From Somniosus microcephalus (taxonomy: Eukaryota): 64,000 nt of DNA. The notes beneath the pieces were generated by a model. It was not told the origin of the DNA. It worked only from the letters and a program-made list of their open reading frames with translations, and ran no database searches. The position numbers were made by a program, and so were the translations under genes. Below, one piece after another: positions 50,010 through 64,000 of this stretch. The DNA lies in NCBI GenBank assembly GCA_052327205.1, contig CM126218.1:58962001-59026000 (forward strand), written 5' to 3'. Position 1 is the first letter of the stretch; every line of letters begins with the position of its first letter.

Positions 50010-53000
50010 CTTGCTTAATCTGATCCTGCTTTCCAGATGGGCCACTCTCCAGCGCTCTCCATATATCTGGTTCAATCCACAACTTATTTCAACCCTGGGC
50101 CCCATTCCAGCCCTAGACTTCACTGCTCTCCACCCCGCTGTACTTCCCAGACTTCCCTGCTTGCTCTTCCCTCCCTTTTCTAAAGAAAGGCACAGTAGAC
50201 ATACGGTTTACTATAATTACAAACATGGATAATACAATTTATGATGTGCATAATTTAAAATACACTGGTTGTTATATGCAAAGCTAAATATAATTTTTCA
50301 CAGTAAATATATTTTAAAACAATAGGAGGAATCACAAAAGTCTAGCTACATTACATATAAAAGTAAATTGAGGATTGCAAGTCAATTTAAGAGAAGGAAG
50401 AAATTTAAATTTATATGAAGATCAAATAAAATTGGTATGGAGTGCAAATAAAATACAAATGTATTTTATGTAAAACTAATTGATCGCCATGGAACTGGTC
50501 ATGGATAAGAATATTAAATATGATTTAAAATTAGGAATATTAAAAACTTCCATTGTTTTTCATGGGACCCAGTTTATAGTCGGCAGAAACCAGGCGGAGA
50601 TTGTGACCTGAACTTTGAAGGAAAAGGGAGGATTAAAAAAAATAATTTAAATGCAGCCCCATACAAGCAGCTATAAATCATTTCCAGGGAAGTGGGGGGG
50701 GAAAGAGGAGAAGGAGGAGAGCCAATAGCACACACAAAACAGGCACCTCTGCTGGACTTTCTGGTGCATTTAATATAGCGGGTACGCTAGATGTCAGGCT
50801 AACTGGGGAACCGCCACCTGATTTCGGAAAATTCACTACAGTCAGTAGCGTAGGTTCCCAGTGAGCACAATCCCAATTGTCTGGATTGCTGGTCCACAAA
50901 TTTCCTTTCCACGTGCTGCTTGTTTGGAGAGTATTAAACTGTGCAAATCCTAGCACAATGCTGCCATCCAGTGTCATAGCTGTTTAATGCACCAGTATAA
51001 AATTAGAAAAAATATAACCATATTGAGTTATATTAATCAAAAGTGGTCAACTCTAAGCATGGATCCAGTCTGCTTCCCAACTTCAAACACCCTAAAGAAC
51101 TCATGATTTTAGGAAAAGTGCTCTAAAGAGCTGCTGGTAGAAATAGCTTAGCTTCCATTGGGGAATCAAATGGACCAACAGCCCCGCCAGCCATTCCAAT
51201 GGGAGTACTGGGAGTTGACAATCACCAATCACCTTCCGCTCTCAGCACTGCTGCCCCCCCACTCCAGTCAGATGCTGCTGTATCATGGATTCCTCACAGG
51301 TCCCAATTGGACAAGCAAAGCAATGCTGCTGGAAGTTGGGAGTGGGTGTTAAATTTAGGGTGACTTTATTTCAGGCAGGATGTTCATTTTGCAGAGGAAG
51401 GCATTTTTGTTAGGAGAGAAGGTTGGTGTGGAAAGACCTTGGATCAGGAAAGATTTCCGGAGAAGGCAGCTCTGTACTAGGATGGTTCCGCCAGGTATGG
51501 GGAATCCTTTATGGAAAGATAGAATTTACGATGCCAGCAGTGCTGTCTGTTTTTGGCCTAAGCCTCAAATTACTAGATTCTGGTTTCTGCCAATGTGTTT
51601 TGCTGGGGGTGAATGCTTTTCATTAATAGCGGTCATCTCACTCATTGTGGCTCTGTGATGAGAGAGAGAAGGTCGCAGTCAGGGCATGATCAGCTCATCA
51701 TTGAGCACCTCAAAAGGCAAAGTATGTCAGCACCACTGTTGCCAACAGATTACAGAAAGCCAGCAACCACTCAGACTACTCCCAGCTCCAGTACAGATCT
51801 GGGAGTGGTCTGAGAGTTTGTTGGCTTTCTGTGCCATCTCTTTCCACCAAGCCAGAAACCAATGCTGTTGCTTCTAACCTCCCAAGTCCCCACTGCTGCC
51901 TCTTCTCACTGGCGGTTACAAAGTGCTAAAAACACAAAGAGTAAGAAAGGAAAAAGCGGGAGAGAAAGTAGTAAAGGCATGGGTGCAAAGAAATTAATAT
52001 AAGGTATATAATTTACAAATAAAGTTAAACAGTTAAAATAGATAGATAAACAGATAGAGACAAGGAACCCGGAGGAGGAGACTGGGGGAAATGATATAAA
52101 ATTTTAATTTAAAACATTATGAATATTACAGTAATAAAGCAATCCCTGACATCTGAAGGGTTTTATTAATGTAACATTAGGTATTGTTTCAGTAACACAG
52201 AGCGTTAGCTGAAAACTTTTTCAAAGAGCTGGCAGCCATGAGGAGACCTGGAATTCCCTGGAGCTGCTAGCAGCCTAAGGGTTGGTATAGTGCAAGCTAA
52301 TTGCACCACTAATCATAATCTCACTGTCCCCTCTTCACTGTGAAAACACAGTCGTTTCTTTTTCCACAGGATACTGTGCTCCAGGGAAACCGTTGAAAAC
52401 TTTTTCCAATTAAAGCATTCCCTTTACTGAGTGTATGTACCCGTGATTTCCAATTAGTCTTTATAAAACAGATTAAGAAAAATGTGTTGAATGGCCTAAG
52501 ACAGTAGGTTATCCATTAATTCTGAACCTAAAATTATTATATTTTAAACACAAACTGAAAATTTGAGTGGTCAGGAACTTGGGAGTAGTCAGATACACAA
52601 ATTTATTAAAACGTTAGGTTTCCTGTTGTGTGTACCAATAAAGATTAACCTCTCTAATTTTAAGTACATTAATACAGAATGTGCAATTTCTGAAGTGTAA
52701 AAAGACATGTGCTTCATTTGCTATATGGACACAAGTACGTCTGGATTATTGATACATTTCAGAAGGACGACTAACTGTTGAATCCAGAAAATTGCTTCTA
52801 TTTGTCAAACAATGATTCCATTAATATGCACCCAAGCATCCTCAATGTAGACTAGTACACTGTATTGGCATAATAACTGCAGATTGCATAATTACTCTGA
52901 GTAATAAGAGAAAGAATGTGCAATATAAGCACTACTTCTATGGATTCAACCGATATGGAACATCCAATTGTACAGACTAAAAAATAACAGGTTTCATTGC

Positions 53001-53205
53001 CAGATTAAAATCAATAATGCATTACTGTACCGAGTTTTCACAACATTAGTATTAGATACTCTTTAATTTCAGCTTTCAATTTGTTTTCAAAGATTGTTCC
53101 AATTGGTTTCACATGCTTGGAGTGGTGCAACCTTTTCATGTCGGAAATGTAACCTTTTCAGATTTCCCAATGGAACCAGTTAACATTGACATATTCCAAA
53201 CTCAC

Positions 53206-53316
53206 CTGAGAGAAGATATTTGCAGTGGGAGTCACTCTGCTGTCGACAACGCTGTAGAAAATTGCCAACAACCTATCCAGTGGGAATGGTTTGGGGCCAA
53301 GGAGGTGATTGCTGGT
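53206..53316 (-). CDS. ORC5: ORC5 internal coding exon (111 bp)
   Basis: tttcttacag|[37 protein letters not shown]|gtgagt. Confidence 0.96.
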
Positions 53317-56179
53317 CTGTAAGAAACAAGGTTAATTAGACTGATCTGTCTTAGTAATAGTGCACCAAGGGACGTTATGTGCCTGCAAGCCGATTCAGTG
53401 AACAGCCACTTGTTTATGTAATTCATTTTCTTAAGCTGTTGTGCGTCATGCTTTCAAAACATAACTGCCATTAATTCATGAGATGGATGTTGCTATAATT
53501 GAGAACAATAGCTGAAGGTCTATATTTGATGCACTGTATACAGGTTTGGATTTTACTGTAACAGTATAACATTGAAGACACTACAAGACAGCAAAATATC
53601 AATCACCCTCTACACTAGTTTCATAAAACACCTAAAAAGATGTCAATGAAAAATCACACATAGAGAAAAAAAAACCAGAAGTTTCCTATTTTCCAATGAC
53701 TGGATCCATCTTTTCAATTATAATTTGTAATGAGTCTTTGGACATCCAAGTCTGCCTACAATTCCACACCAGCCACCTGGTGCTATAGCACACTTTTTCT
53801 TTTACTTTCTCAGCTCTAACTCACCACCATACAGGTTAGCTGTTTAGTTTAACTATTTTTTCCAGTGTACATTTTTATATTTTCATTTATCCCTGACTCT
53901 TTTAAAAAAATCTTCCCCAGGACAACTCACCCCAAGCATCTTACCTGCGCCCCACCTAATACGAAATTCCTGACGCTTAGTCTATAGCTTCCCTGCTGCT
54001 AATGACAGTTTTGAGGAATAAACCAGCAGCCTTGATTTATATTAAGATACAAAGGATTCAATTCACACAAGGCAAATTAAACTCAGAATGCAGGTTAGAT
54101 TCAGATAAAATGACTGTCCAAAAAGGTGTTTCTTGCATATCATGTTGGTTCAAGACAATGGGGAGTTTTAAGACATGCTAGTGGCATTCACAGCTAATAA
54201 GTTGGAATGGCATCTTTCATTTGTGCCCAGCAGGGTTGAGGGGGGAAGGGTTGGGGGGCTTGTCAGGGTTCCACACCTAGAAGGGTGGTCAGACCTTTGA
54301 TCAGCAGTTCAATTGGTCATCCCCCAACAGGAGACGAGGTCTTTAGCTTCCTGTCTAGCTAGGACAGGAGCACAATCTGCAGGGTGTGCTGTTGGTTGCA
54401 GGATTCTGGTTTTGCACAACTCAAGAAATGACCTGGAAGGTACTGACTTGGAAAGGTGTGCGTGTCTCAATTGCTCATTCATATTTGAGCCACGTTCATT
54501 TTAGTCTGGACATAGTACTTTGGGACCATGCTGAAACAGATTTTTCTTCAATAACAGCAAATTCCCAGTGCTTTTTAAACTCGTGGTGTACAAGATATGC
54601 ATCCAAACAATGCTCCTTCTTTGGCCATGTGCAAGATCCAGGACCAAGCTGTGAGATGGAGTTATAGCAAAAAAGGAAATGGCTGCAAGACAAAGTGCTC
54701 TGGTCAACTCTGACTTGTCACCAAGTACTCTTGAAGGAAAGTCAGCCTCATGTCATACAAACCTCTTTGCCAAAACCCCTCCTGAGGACTGGAATTACAC
54801 AGCTTGTGAGGAGTAAGCTGTGTATGCAACACTGGACTTTGACATCTGCCTTTAGCTTGATAAAGGACTTACACGGGATAGCTTGCAACATATTAGATAT
54901 CTGTTAGAACTGATTAGGAAAATCAGACTTGGGATAACCCATGAAGAAACTTGAGCTAACAGCTGCTAGAAGGCATCAACTCGAGGCCAGGTATGAAAAC
55001 ACATACTCGTATAACCCACGATCAGTTTGCACAAATGCGAGCAGCTGCTGAAGGTTTGCACATCCAACTGGTGAAATTCCTGAATGGAATATGGTGGTCC
55101 ATCTATGCTGCTGTATGGAGGGTGACAGGAATACACTCAACACATTATGCTGAGTTGTGCTACTCGCCATGTTGCTCATGTAGAGCCCTGGTACTCGTTA
55201 CCTGCCCAACAGAGGATCAACTTTGAATAGTAAGGTGTAAACATGCAGGCTGAAGTAGTCCACTGAAGCCAGCCATCTATACAAAACCATTATAGTTATT
55301 GGGGAGTGCAGTTAGTATAGTGTGAACAGACTATAAAAAAGAATTAGAGGTATGTGTACTTCTGAAATAGATAAAACATTCTAAGCACTCGTTACCTCCA
55401 GATGGCATTTCTACATCACGGAATTGTTGCATGCCACTCTACGTGGAATTCCTAATTGCCTTGGGCTCTGAAATGGAGACCATGCTGCCCAATTGCTCTA
55501 TCTCAACATGTTAAAAAGTGTCAGAAAGCATGATGATTTCGGAGAAAATATTAAGTGCTTCAGCCTTTAAAAAAATTAAAAAAAATCTAGACTTGTATTT
55601 CAAAACCTACACTTATTTTTTTTTTCTGGATCCAACACTGGAAACACTACACTAGATGCCAGGTTACATGAATAGATCCTTCACAATGCAATACTGAAAC
55701 CAGTTTCAGGTATTATGGACTAAATACCTTCCTTTTTTATATAAAAGGTACACTTGTTACACTGGGGCAGAAAATATTGACAAAAGTAAGTGTTTCTGGT
55801 CTTATAGAGGATCATTTTAAAGCTAACAGTGTGTCTGGTATCCCAGATTCCTTCAGCTTTGAGGTAGCGAAATGGATGTTTGATGTACATTGCATGTCCA
55901 TATAAGGCTATTAGAATGTAGATCTTACACTCTCTTTCACTCAAAATAGATAGCAGCCTTGTGCACTTTGCACTTCATTTGTCCAATGATCTTCCAAATA
56001 TTCTGGTCATCGGGACGAGTAACTCCGTTACAACATTCTATGTAACTCTTGGATTGAGAGTTTATCCTGAGCCTTCCTAAAACTCTCAGTCAATTCTATA
56101 TCTGTTGGGGCAATGGTTTACTAGCTTATTAGTCAAGCCATCAAATGCTACAAGAGCACAGAAATTATCTTATGTCTAT

Positions 56180-57065
56180 GATTGCACAGTGTTCAGGGCC
56201 ATTCACAACTCCTCAGATAATGAAGCAGTCCATGCCTGCATGCAAGACCTGGACGACGTTCAGGCTTGAGCTGATAAGTGGCAGGTAACATTCGCGCCAC
56301 AGAAGTGCCAGGCAATAACTATCTCCAACAAACGAGAGTCTAACCGCGGCCCCATGACATTCAACAGCATTACCATCGCCAAATCCCCCACCATCAACAT
56401 CCTGGGGGGTCACCATTGACCAGAAGCTTAACTGGACCAGTCATATAAATACTGTGGCAACAAGAGCAGGTCAGAGGCTGGGTATTCTGCAGCGAGTGTC
56501 TCACCTCCTGACTCCCCAAAGCCTTTCTACCATCTACAAGGCACAAGTAAGGAGTGTGATGGAATACTCTCCACTTGCCTGGATGAGTGCAGCTCCAACA
56601 ACACTCAAGAAGCTCAACACCATCCAGGACAAAGCAGCCCGCTTGATTGGCACCCCATCTACCACCGTAAACATTCACTCCCTCCACCACCGGCGTACCG
56701 TGGCTGCAGTGTGTACCATCTACGAGGTGCACTGCAGCAACTCACCAAGGCTTCTTCGGCAGCACCTCCCAAACACGTGACCTCTTCCACCTAGAAGGAC
56801 AAGGGCAGCAGGCGCATGGGAACACCACCACCTCAAAGTTCCCCTCCAAGTCACACGCCATCCTGACTTGGAAGTATATCGCCGAACCTTGATTGTCGCT
56901 GGGTCAAAATCCTGGAACTCCCTCCCTAACAGCACTGTGGGAGTACCATCACCACGCAGACAGCAGTTCAAGGCAGCGGCTCACCACCACCTTCTCAAGG
57001 GCAATTAGGGATGGGCAATAAATGCTGGCCTTGCCAGCGATGCCCACATCCCATAAACAAATAAT
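56180..57065 (+). mobile_element. CR1/Jockey-group LINE 3' part (YKAQVRS family)
   Basis: WQVTFAPQKC, ILGVTID and IYKAQVRSVMEYSPLAW motifs. Confidence 0.9.
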
Positions 57066-58494
57066 TTTTTTTAAAGTACGCTGCCACTTTGAAACTACAT
57101 AGCCACAAGATGACTCTGTTTAATATTCTACCATGCATTTTCAGGCCTTTCTATTTACTAATAATTGAACAAACCATGCATCCAAGCTAAATACACAGTA
57201 ATTAAAAAAACACAATGACCTATGGAGTCACGCTTGAACAGATCTCACCACTTGTGCGCACTCAACCAATAAAATTACTGTACACAAACAAATTACAATA
57301 ACAAACCTGCACATTGGCAATTTAACTTGCCACCCTGTCTGAAATGAACCAGAAAAAACTGGCAACAGAATTTTTAAATAGCTAATTTTCCTCTACTTGG
57401 CAACTAGTCAGCTCTCACCATTGTCAGCAGTATAAGCGGAGTGAGTGATTGCAGCACTCTGGAATTTTGCAGAAGGCATATAAAAACAACTAGACTTATT
57501 TGGTCATTTTTATGACCCATCTGGTCTTACTCCAAGTGTGTGAACAAAAACCATGCGATATATCTTTTGTCATCACTCACATCATTTATCGCAGAATTCA
57601 TAATATAAAACTCACATTTTACAGTGCAAGTAATATTCTGCTTGGGAAGCAGCCAAATAGCTTATTACAATGAAGTATGATTTATTAGCAAAATCAATGA
57701 AGACATCTACAAATATAATACTGTATTGGAAAACACCTATCACACAGGTGCAGCTATCCTTAAGACTCAGCCGACTGTAGGCTCTGCTTTAAAATTTTTG
57801 CTGTCAACAAACTTTGAAAATAAAATGCTCAGTGACATTCAAAAAACAGGCCCAAAATTTTGCCACTGGAACTGAGGCAGGTCGGGACTTTCACCCACTG
57901 TAAATTATGGGATCAGCTAATAAATATGCACTGGGAGTTATGGCCCAAATACAGGGGTTGGCCGGGGTGGGGGGGTGGAGGAGGAAAATGCCCAGCGAAG
58001 AAGCAGAGACCTGGTGCAGCAACACTGTAGGAATCAGGCAACCTGGGCAACAAGAAAGGAGTGCCGAACTTCATAAAGCCAGACCTGTATGTTCTCGTAA
58101 CAGAGATACGGACGGAGCAGAAGGGAAAGGCCATTTGGGGTTAGGGGCCGTAGACATGTCAAGAATGTGGTATGCACTTTGGGGAAGGAGGTGGGGACTG
58201 TGGCAGTGAGTGCCATATCCTTGAACCCCAGGGGCTCCTTTACTGTGCAGGAGGAAGTAGAACAACCTCATCAGAGCAGCCAGGATAAGCTTACTGCTAC
58301 TCGTGATTGTTCCTTGCAGTCTCTTTATGTGTGTGGCCCTTTTTCGTTCGTTACCTTCAGTGCCAGTGGAGTCAGAGATGGAGGTGGGATCTGGCTGTGG
58401 GGGAGACTCTGCAAAAGTCAGCTGCTGGCTCCTGAGCCTGCAGACTCCAATCTCTAGGGCCTTGCTCTAAAAAGGAGGATGCTGGATGAGCCTC

Positions 58495-59250
58495 AACAAC
58501 AACAACAACCACCTGTATTTATGTAGCGCCTTTAACATAGTAAAACGTCCCAAGGCGCTGCATAGGAGCTTTATAAAACAAAATTTGACACCGAGCCACA
58601 TAAGGAGATATTAGGGCAGACTTGGTCAAAGAGGTAGGTTTTAAGGAGCGTCTTAAAGGAGAAAAGAGAGGTAGAGAGGCAGAAAGGTTTAGGGAGGGAA
58701 TTCCAGAGCTTAGGGCCTTGGCAGCTGAAGGCACGATCACCAATAGTTGAGCAATTAAAATGGGGGATGCTCAAGACGACAGAAATAGAGGAGTGCAGTA
58801 TCTCGGGGCGGGGGGGGGTTGTGGGGCTGGAGGAGATTACAGAGATAGGGAGAGGCGAAGCCAAGGAGGAATTTGAAAACAAGGATGAGAAGTTTAAAAT
58901 CGAGGCGTTGCTTAACCAGGTGCCAATGGAGGTCAGTAAGCACAGGGGTGATGGGTGAACTGGACTTGGTGCCAGTTAGGACACGAGCAGCAGATCTTTG
59001 AATGATCTCAAGTTTATGGAGGGTAGAACGTGGGAGGCCAGCCAGGAGTGCGTTGGAATAGTCAAGTCTAGAGGTAACAAAGGCATGGATGAGGGTTTCA
59101 GCAGCAGATGAACTGAGGCAGGGGCAGAGTCGGACGATGTTCCGGAGGTGAAAATAGGTGGTCTTGGTGACGGTGTGGATATGTGGTCTGAAGCTCATTT
59201 CAGGGTCAAATATAACACCAAGGTTGCGGAGAGTCTGGTTCAGCCTCACT
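58495..59250 (-). mobile_element. L2 LINE 3' part
   Basis: RNLGVIFD..YFHLRNI..LIHAFVTSRLDYSNALLAGLP; (TTG)n tail. Confidence 0.92.
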
Positions 59251-61249
59251 CTCAGATGGAGTACTGAAGACAGATGGTAGAGGTCCATTTCCATCCTCGG
59301 CGTCACTATCAGAAGATGCGACACAATGCTGCACCATCCAGAGCAGGTGGTGGCACGAGGAACATCTGCGTTGGTCCCTCCCTGAAATAGGTTTCCAGAC
59401 CAGTCAGTGCATCCAACATGTGATTGTTGCTGGAGGATGCACACAAGGACATTGGAAGAGAACAGGATCAGGCTCAGCAGTGACAACATACAAAGCCAAA
59501 CAGCCTGCTGACAATCACAGTCTAGACTCTCACACAGGCAAGTTACTGGCTGGCTGCTGGTATATGTGGAACTGTACCCCAGCAAGTGTAAATGGTTTGA
59601 GAGGAGTGGCAAAAATGCAAGAGAATTGATGAGTGATGGGGAAACAGTCTGCTTCTTAGTGAAGAATCTGTGATCATGCAAATAAAAAGTATAAAGTTCA
59701 CAAAAGCAACCAAAGCAAAGATTGAATTTTTTGTGTGCGCGATCCTAAAGTTGGTAATTAAAAACATGGTAATTTTGAGAATAAAATACAGATACACTTT
59801 ACAGCCACATCAAGTTGGTTACTATTGTGCTTTATGCAGTGAAGGGTAAGTTGCGGATTCTGGCACATGACTGGTCACACTAATAGGGGAGGGACAAAAT
59901 GGAGCTAAGGCACTACAGACACTCAAGAGGAAAAATGCCCAGGAAACTCTCTTACATTTCATAGTGACCTGCTCAAAAGTGAAATAGGTGGAAAGTATGA
60001 ACACTACCTTTCTGATTATGGAATAATGACGGACATGAGCAGATTTATGAATGTAGAAAGAGAAATGGAGAGAAAAATATCAACATACACTGAGTAATAG
60101 TGTTCACGGGCTCTGAAGCTTGCTACTTGTGTCCGACGAGAAGAAATATTACCATGGATACTGTTTTACGGTGACTGAAGAAGTCACATTCTACTTTTAT
60201 TATTTGGGATGTCAGGATTTTTACAAGTGTTCTGGGAATTAATTCTGTTATGGGAATCCATTGAATGTGACAAAAACAGAAGATTTCAATAACATACAGT
60301 ATTTTTTTTTTTTTTTTAAAGTTGATCATTTAACTATTTCCAGCCTCATTAACTACATATGTACAACTTAAAAATAAAGTGCTCAAAAATACAAAGCAAA
60401 CATAAAGAACATTAAAGGTACTCAATTTTGGCTGCACGGAAGATAAAAATTAAACTGCAAACATCAGAACATAACTTAATTAAAATTATAGAGAGTGCTG
60501 AAAAATTCTCTCTCTGTTCTGGTTGGTCTTGATTGTGCCTGGCTGTGCAATGTTCCAATGGACATAACAGCAGGAACATTGAGCAGTCGCTTGGTGACTG
60601 GATAAAGCAAAACAGCATAATTTGCAGGTTTACATTGGAGACACAGATGCGCGCACAAATAATCCAAGAAATCGTAACAAAAAAGTTCTATTTGAAAACA
60701 TTGCACTGTTAACTATAATGCAATGTATACTACATGCAGCTCATTAGACTGAATTACACAGACAGGTTTACCTAGTCTATGCGGAGGTAACCATTCTGAG
60801 TCAAGGTAGCAATACGTGCTTCTAATAACTTCAGCATCTCCAGGCTGGAGTGGCAGGGGAAACCATACAGGGTTCCTGCTTCGGATTGCTATTCAGCAGC
60901 CCATGCTGCTCAATTTATATGTGTGGACATCAAGTGAGTAATTTATAGTCAGAGGGATGGATCCATGAAAGCTGATAGGAATTTTGAAACCAGGAGCCAG
61001 CATCAAACAGAGGCTGAGAATAGTGAGAAAACCTCTGATTATAACAAACATCCTTCCTAACGCTCAGCAGAGCTCTCTTTTGGCTTGACACATTTAACAC
61101 ATCAAAGACTAAGTTCGCTTGTATCTCTAAAATGACATGAATCGTGACTCAGACTTGCTTTGACTAAAGGTTTGCCCTCAAGCTATGGTCAACTTGCAAA
61201 CTGTATGAAAAATATTGTTACAACGATAGTTTAAATTTACTTAATGCCA

Positions 61250-61620
61250 TTCACATAATAAACGTTCTAAGGGACAGGGATTGGAGGACACCGAATAGGA
61301 CATGAAATGGTAGAAGATTAAGGTCACCAAGGTGTGGTCGAAGAGGCAGAGCTTTTCAAGGTGGGGAGAGAAGTGGAGGTGTTTGGAAAGAGAATTTCAG
61401 AATGTAGGGGCACAGTAGCTGAAGACTTGACCAGTAATGGTGGAACAGAGGGAGCCAGTGGCACACAGTGTTGGAAGCCTGGCAGGTGTGGTGTGAAATG
61501 TTGGGTTGGAGAAGATTGCAGAAGTAAGGTGAAGCGAGATCATGGAAGGATTTGAAAACAAAAATGAGAATTATGAAGTTGAAGCACTAGAGTCCCACAG
61601 AGGTTGTTGAGGTCAGGGAC
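61250..61620 (-). mobile_element. Degenerate L2 3' fragment
   Basis: Similar to 58520-58950. Confidence 0.55.
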
Positions 61621-63087
61621 AATAGATATAATGGATAAGAGATGGAGTTGTTAAATAGACCTACAGTTCAGACACTGATAATGCAGTCAATATTTAAAAA
61701 AAATATTTCTATCAGTTATTGAAGGAAAACTAAGAAAACTAAAATGCTGACAGAGACCGATACTTAGGAGTGCCCGTTACTATATATGCTTTGGCTCCTC
61801 TACAATGTGAATTCTTCCCGATATTTGTTTTGTCTGCACTGGTGGACCTTTATCATGTGTTATGGAAATGGTCATCACCGGTCTAAGCACCCAAGCAATC
61901 TATTTATCTAACTCAATATTTCTTTAATGTCTCACCTACAATTACTTCAGGTTCTGCCGCATGTTTTGCTTAAGGGCTGAGGTATTTGGAGATGCTGACA
62001 AAATTACTTTTGAATGAGATCATGGAGTAGATTTAGTCTTTTGGAGGGTGACCAGCAGAGAGTGCTGGCCAGCTATCCGCTGTTCAGGTGGCAAAGAGGC
62101 CGGAGAGACTGAGAGGTCCGGGCGTTGTTTGAATCTGACCGGCAAACTGCGGACACCACACATGCAATTTGCCACGCATGAAGTGCGTTACATGCATGAT
62201 TTTGTTAAAAATGGCAGAGCATTTGACAAGATCGAAAAATGTGGGAAAGTCATAGAAATATCTCCAAGAACTTTAAAGGCAACTAACTTCACTGTAAGCC
62301 TTAAAATATTTTCACAGTTTGAACATTGTAAAACAAGAACAGCAAAACCAGTAAAAGTTCATTACTTGAACTTTAACTAAATGTATCAATAAAGCCTGTT
62401 ATTTTGGTTTGTCTCAAATTCTGAGACAGCTAGTGGCACTTGTTCAATGTGCAAAATGTTAAAAGACCCAAAATCTTCTCAATAAACTGGGGAACTTCAA
62501 GGCAGTTGTAGAGTTAATCCAGTGTTGTTCTTGTTGGTAGTGTTGGCAGACTTCATCCTAATCATTCTCTGCCACTTTAGCATCATTCCTACCAACAATC
62601 GCAGATTGAAACATCAACATCAATCGCAGGTCCAGTGCACTCTGCTGTGTTGTCAATGTCAGTTTATCAAATTCTTCAACTATCATTCCCACAGGCAGTT
62701 CTGAATTTCCCACTACTCCAACACTAGGTACAGGTTAAAAAGTCAGCTTTTGAAAAATATTTCTTTATAGTTGCAGGTTTCAGTGCACCGCAGACAGGAA
62801 TCAGCATGTAAACTGAGTAATCTGTTTCGCCAGTTGTGATCCTATGCAGTCACTTCAATCATCAATGGCATGCAAAACTTGATTTACCATTCTACTCTCG
62901 TCATGCTGTTTCAAGGTTTTAATTAATCCTGGATCGATTAGCTGCATCAATGACGCGTTGGAGGTAGAAAAGTTAGTTTGGCATTTGTCAATACATGGTT
63001 ATGCTGAGCAATTGTAAATAATGACCATGACTTCGAACACCTGCAGACACAAGATCCGCTGCAGTCAATTGTAAAATATGGTTTGAG

Positions 63088-63398
63088 TTCACAGAATCAC
63101 AGAAACCCCACAGTGCAGATAGAGGCCATTTCGGCCCATTGAGCCTGCACCGACACATATCCCACCCTATCCCCGTAACCCCACGTATTTAATCCCCCTA
63201 ACACCAAGGGTCAATTTATCATAGCCAATCAACCTAACCCGCACATCTTTGGACTGTGGGAGGAAACCGGAGCACCCGGAGGAAACCCACGCAAACACGG
63301 GGAGAATGTGCAAACTCCACACAGACAGTCGCCCGAGGCCGGATTCGAACCCGGGTCCCTGGCGCTGTGAGGCAACAGTGCTAACCACTATGCCACCC
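63088..63398 (-). mobile_element. HE1-type V-SINE
   Basis: tRNA head (gtggttagcac, ggttcgaatcc), V-domain gtgtggagtttgcacattctccccgtg..gggtttcctccgggtgctccggtttcctcccaca and CR1-type tail. Confidence 0.9.
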
Positions 63399-64000
63399 TT
63401 GTCCAAGCAATGGAAATTGCTTTGATTTAATTTGCACTTGGCTAAAGATCAACATGAAAACAATGTGGTTCGTTGCCCTTGCCAATAATTAGAAACTTTG
63501 TTTTGTCTGTACCTGCCATTATGGCGCAAAGCAGGACAGAAATGCGTTTCCATTTCTGTTCCCTGTACTTGCAGTGTTATCTCTAGAGGGGAAGAGTGCC
63601 AGATGATTTATCTTTAAAAAAAAAAAGAAAACGTAACAGTGCCATCACAGTTGCATACGTCTTTGGTTGCATATACATCAAGGAAGGAAGGCAGAATATT
63701 AGTTGACCAAGACACCATATCAGCATCTGTCTTCAGCTAGGTGAGCTTCTGTATATGCAGCGTTATGCAATATGCCCAGCTGTTAGAGGGATCAAATGGA
63801 ATGCCCATTTTTCCAGCAAGTAACATGACTTTTACTTTTGACATTTGACCAGTTCATATCCATTCCTCTTTGCCAGCTTTCAGTTACATCCACTGCGAGT
63901 CATTTTAATTTTGACTAATTTCACCACTTGGCTCCCACATCTCCATGATTTGTTTTTAAGTAAGTATGCATCTTGTGGATACAGGAAGCTTAAATTCTTC

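Noticed and set aside
58755-59681. 308-aa minus-strand ORF as a gene
   Set aside because: Chimeric: only the C-terminal half is L2 ORF2; the N-terminal half is fortuitously open flanking DNA.
63325-63398. tRNA genes here and at about 31860-31930
   Set aside because: These are tRNA-derived SINE heads joined to SINE bodies.
53317-64000. Next upstream ORC5 exon (HHGKIKK...)
   Set aside because: Not found by eye; it probably lies beyond the window end.

Overview
Vertebrate genomic DNA, most likely from a cartilaginous fish (shark/ray), judging by the repeat families: HE1-type V-SINE, Deu-domain SINEs and abundant CR1. Two genes lie on the minus strand in the conserved vertebrate order ORC5 -> RELN. 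Three 3' coding exons of ORC5 are present (53316-53206, 30945-30833, 27492-27447), followed about 7.4 kb downstream by the first coding exon of reelin (20067-19839). The rest is intronic or intergenic and rich in transposable elements. RELN intron 1 holds a nested stack: an old CR1 LINE split by a young CR1 with intact ORF1 (zinc finger/esterase) and ORF2 (endonuclease/RT), and by a pogo/Tigger-like MITE. The most striking signal is a perfect U_UUA_AAC -1 slippery site directly before the ORF1 stop of the intact CR1. It would shift ribosomes into ORF2, which has no AUG before the end of its endonuclease domain. Other observations include an inverted duplication with a solo LTR in one arm, a 121-bp hammerhead-containing insertion with a 13-bp TSD, and a copy of an ORC5 exon donor deep in its intron. 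All calls come from reading the sequence by eye with no database search; boundaries of degenerate repeats are approximate.
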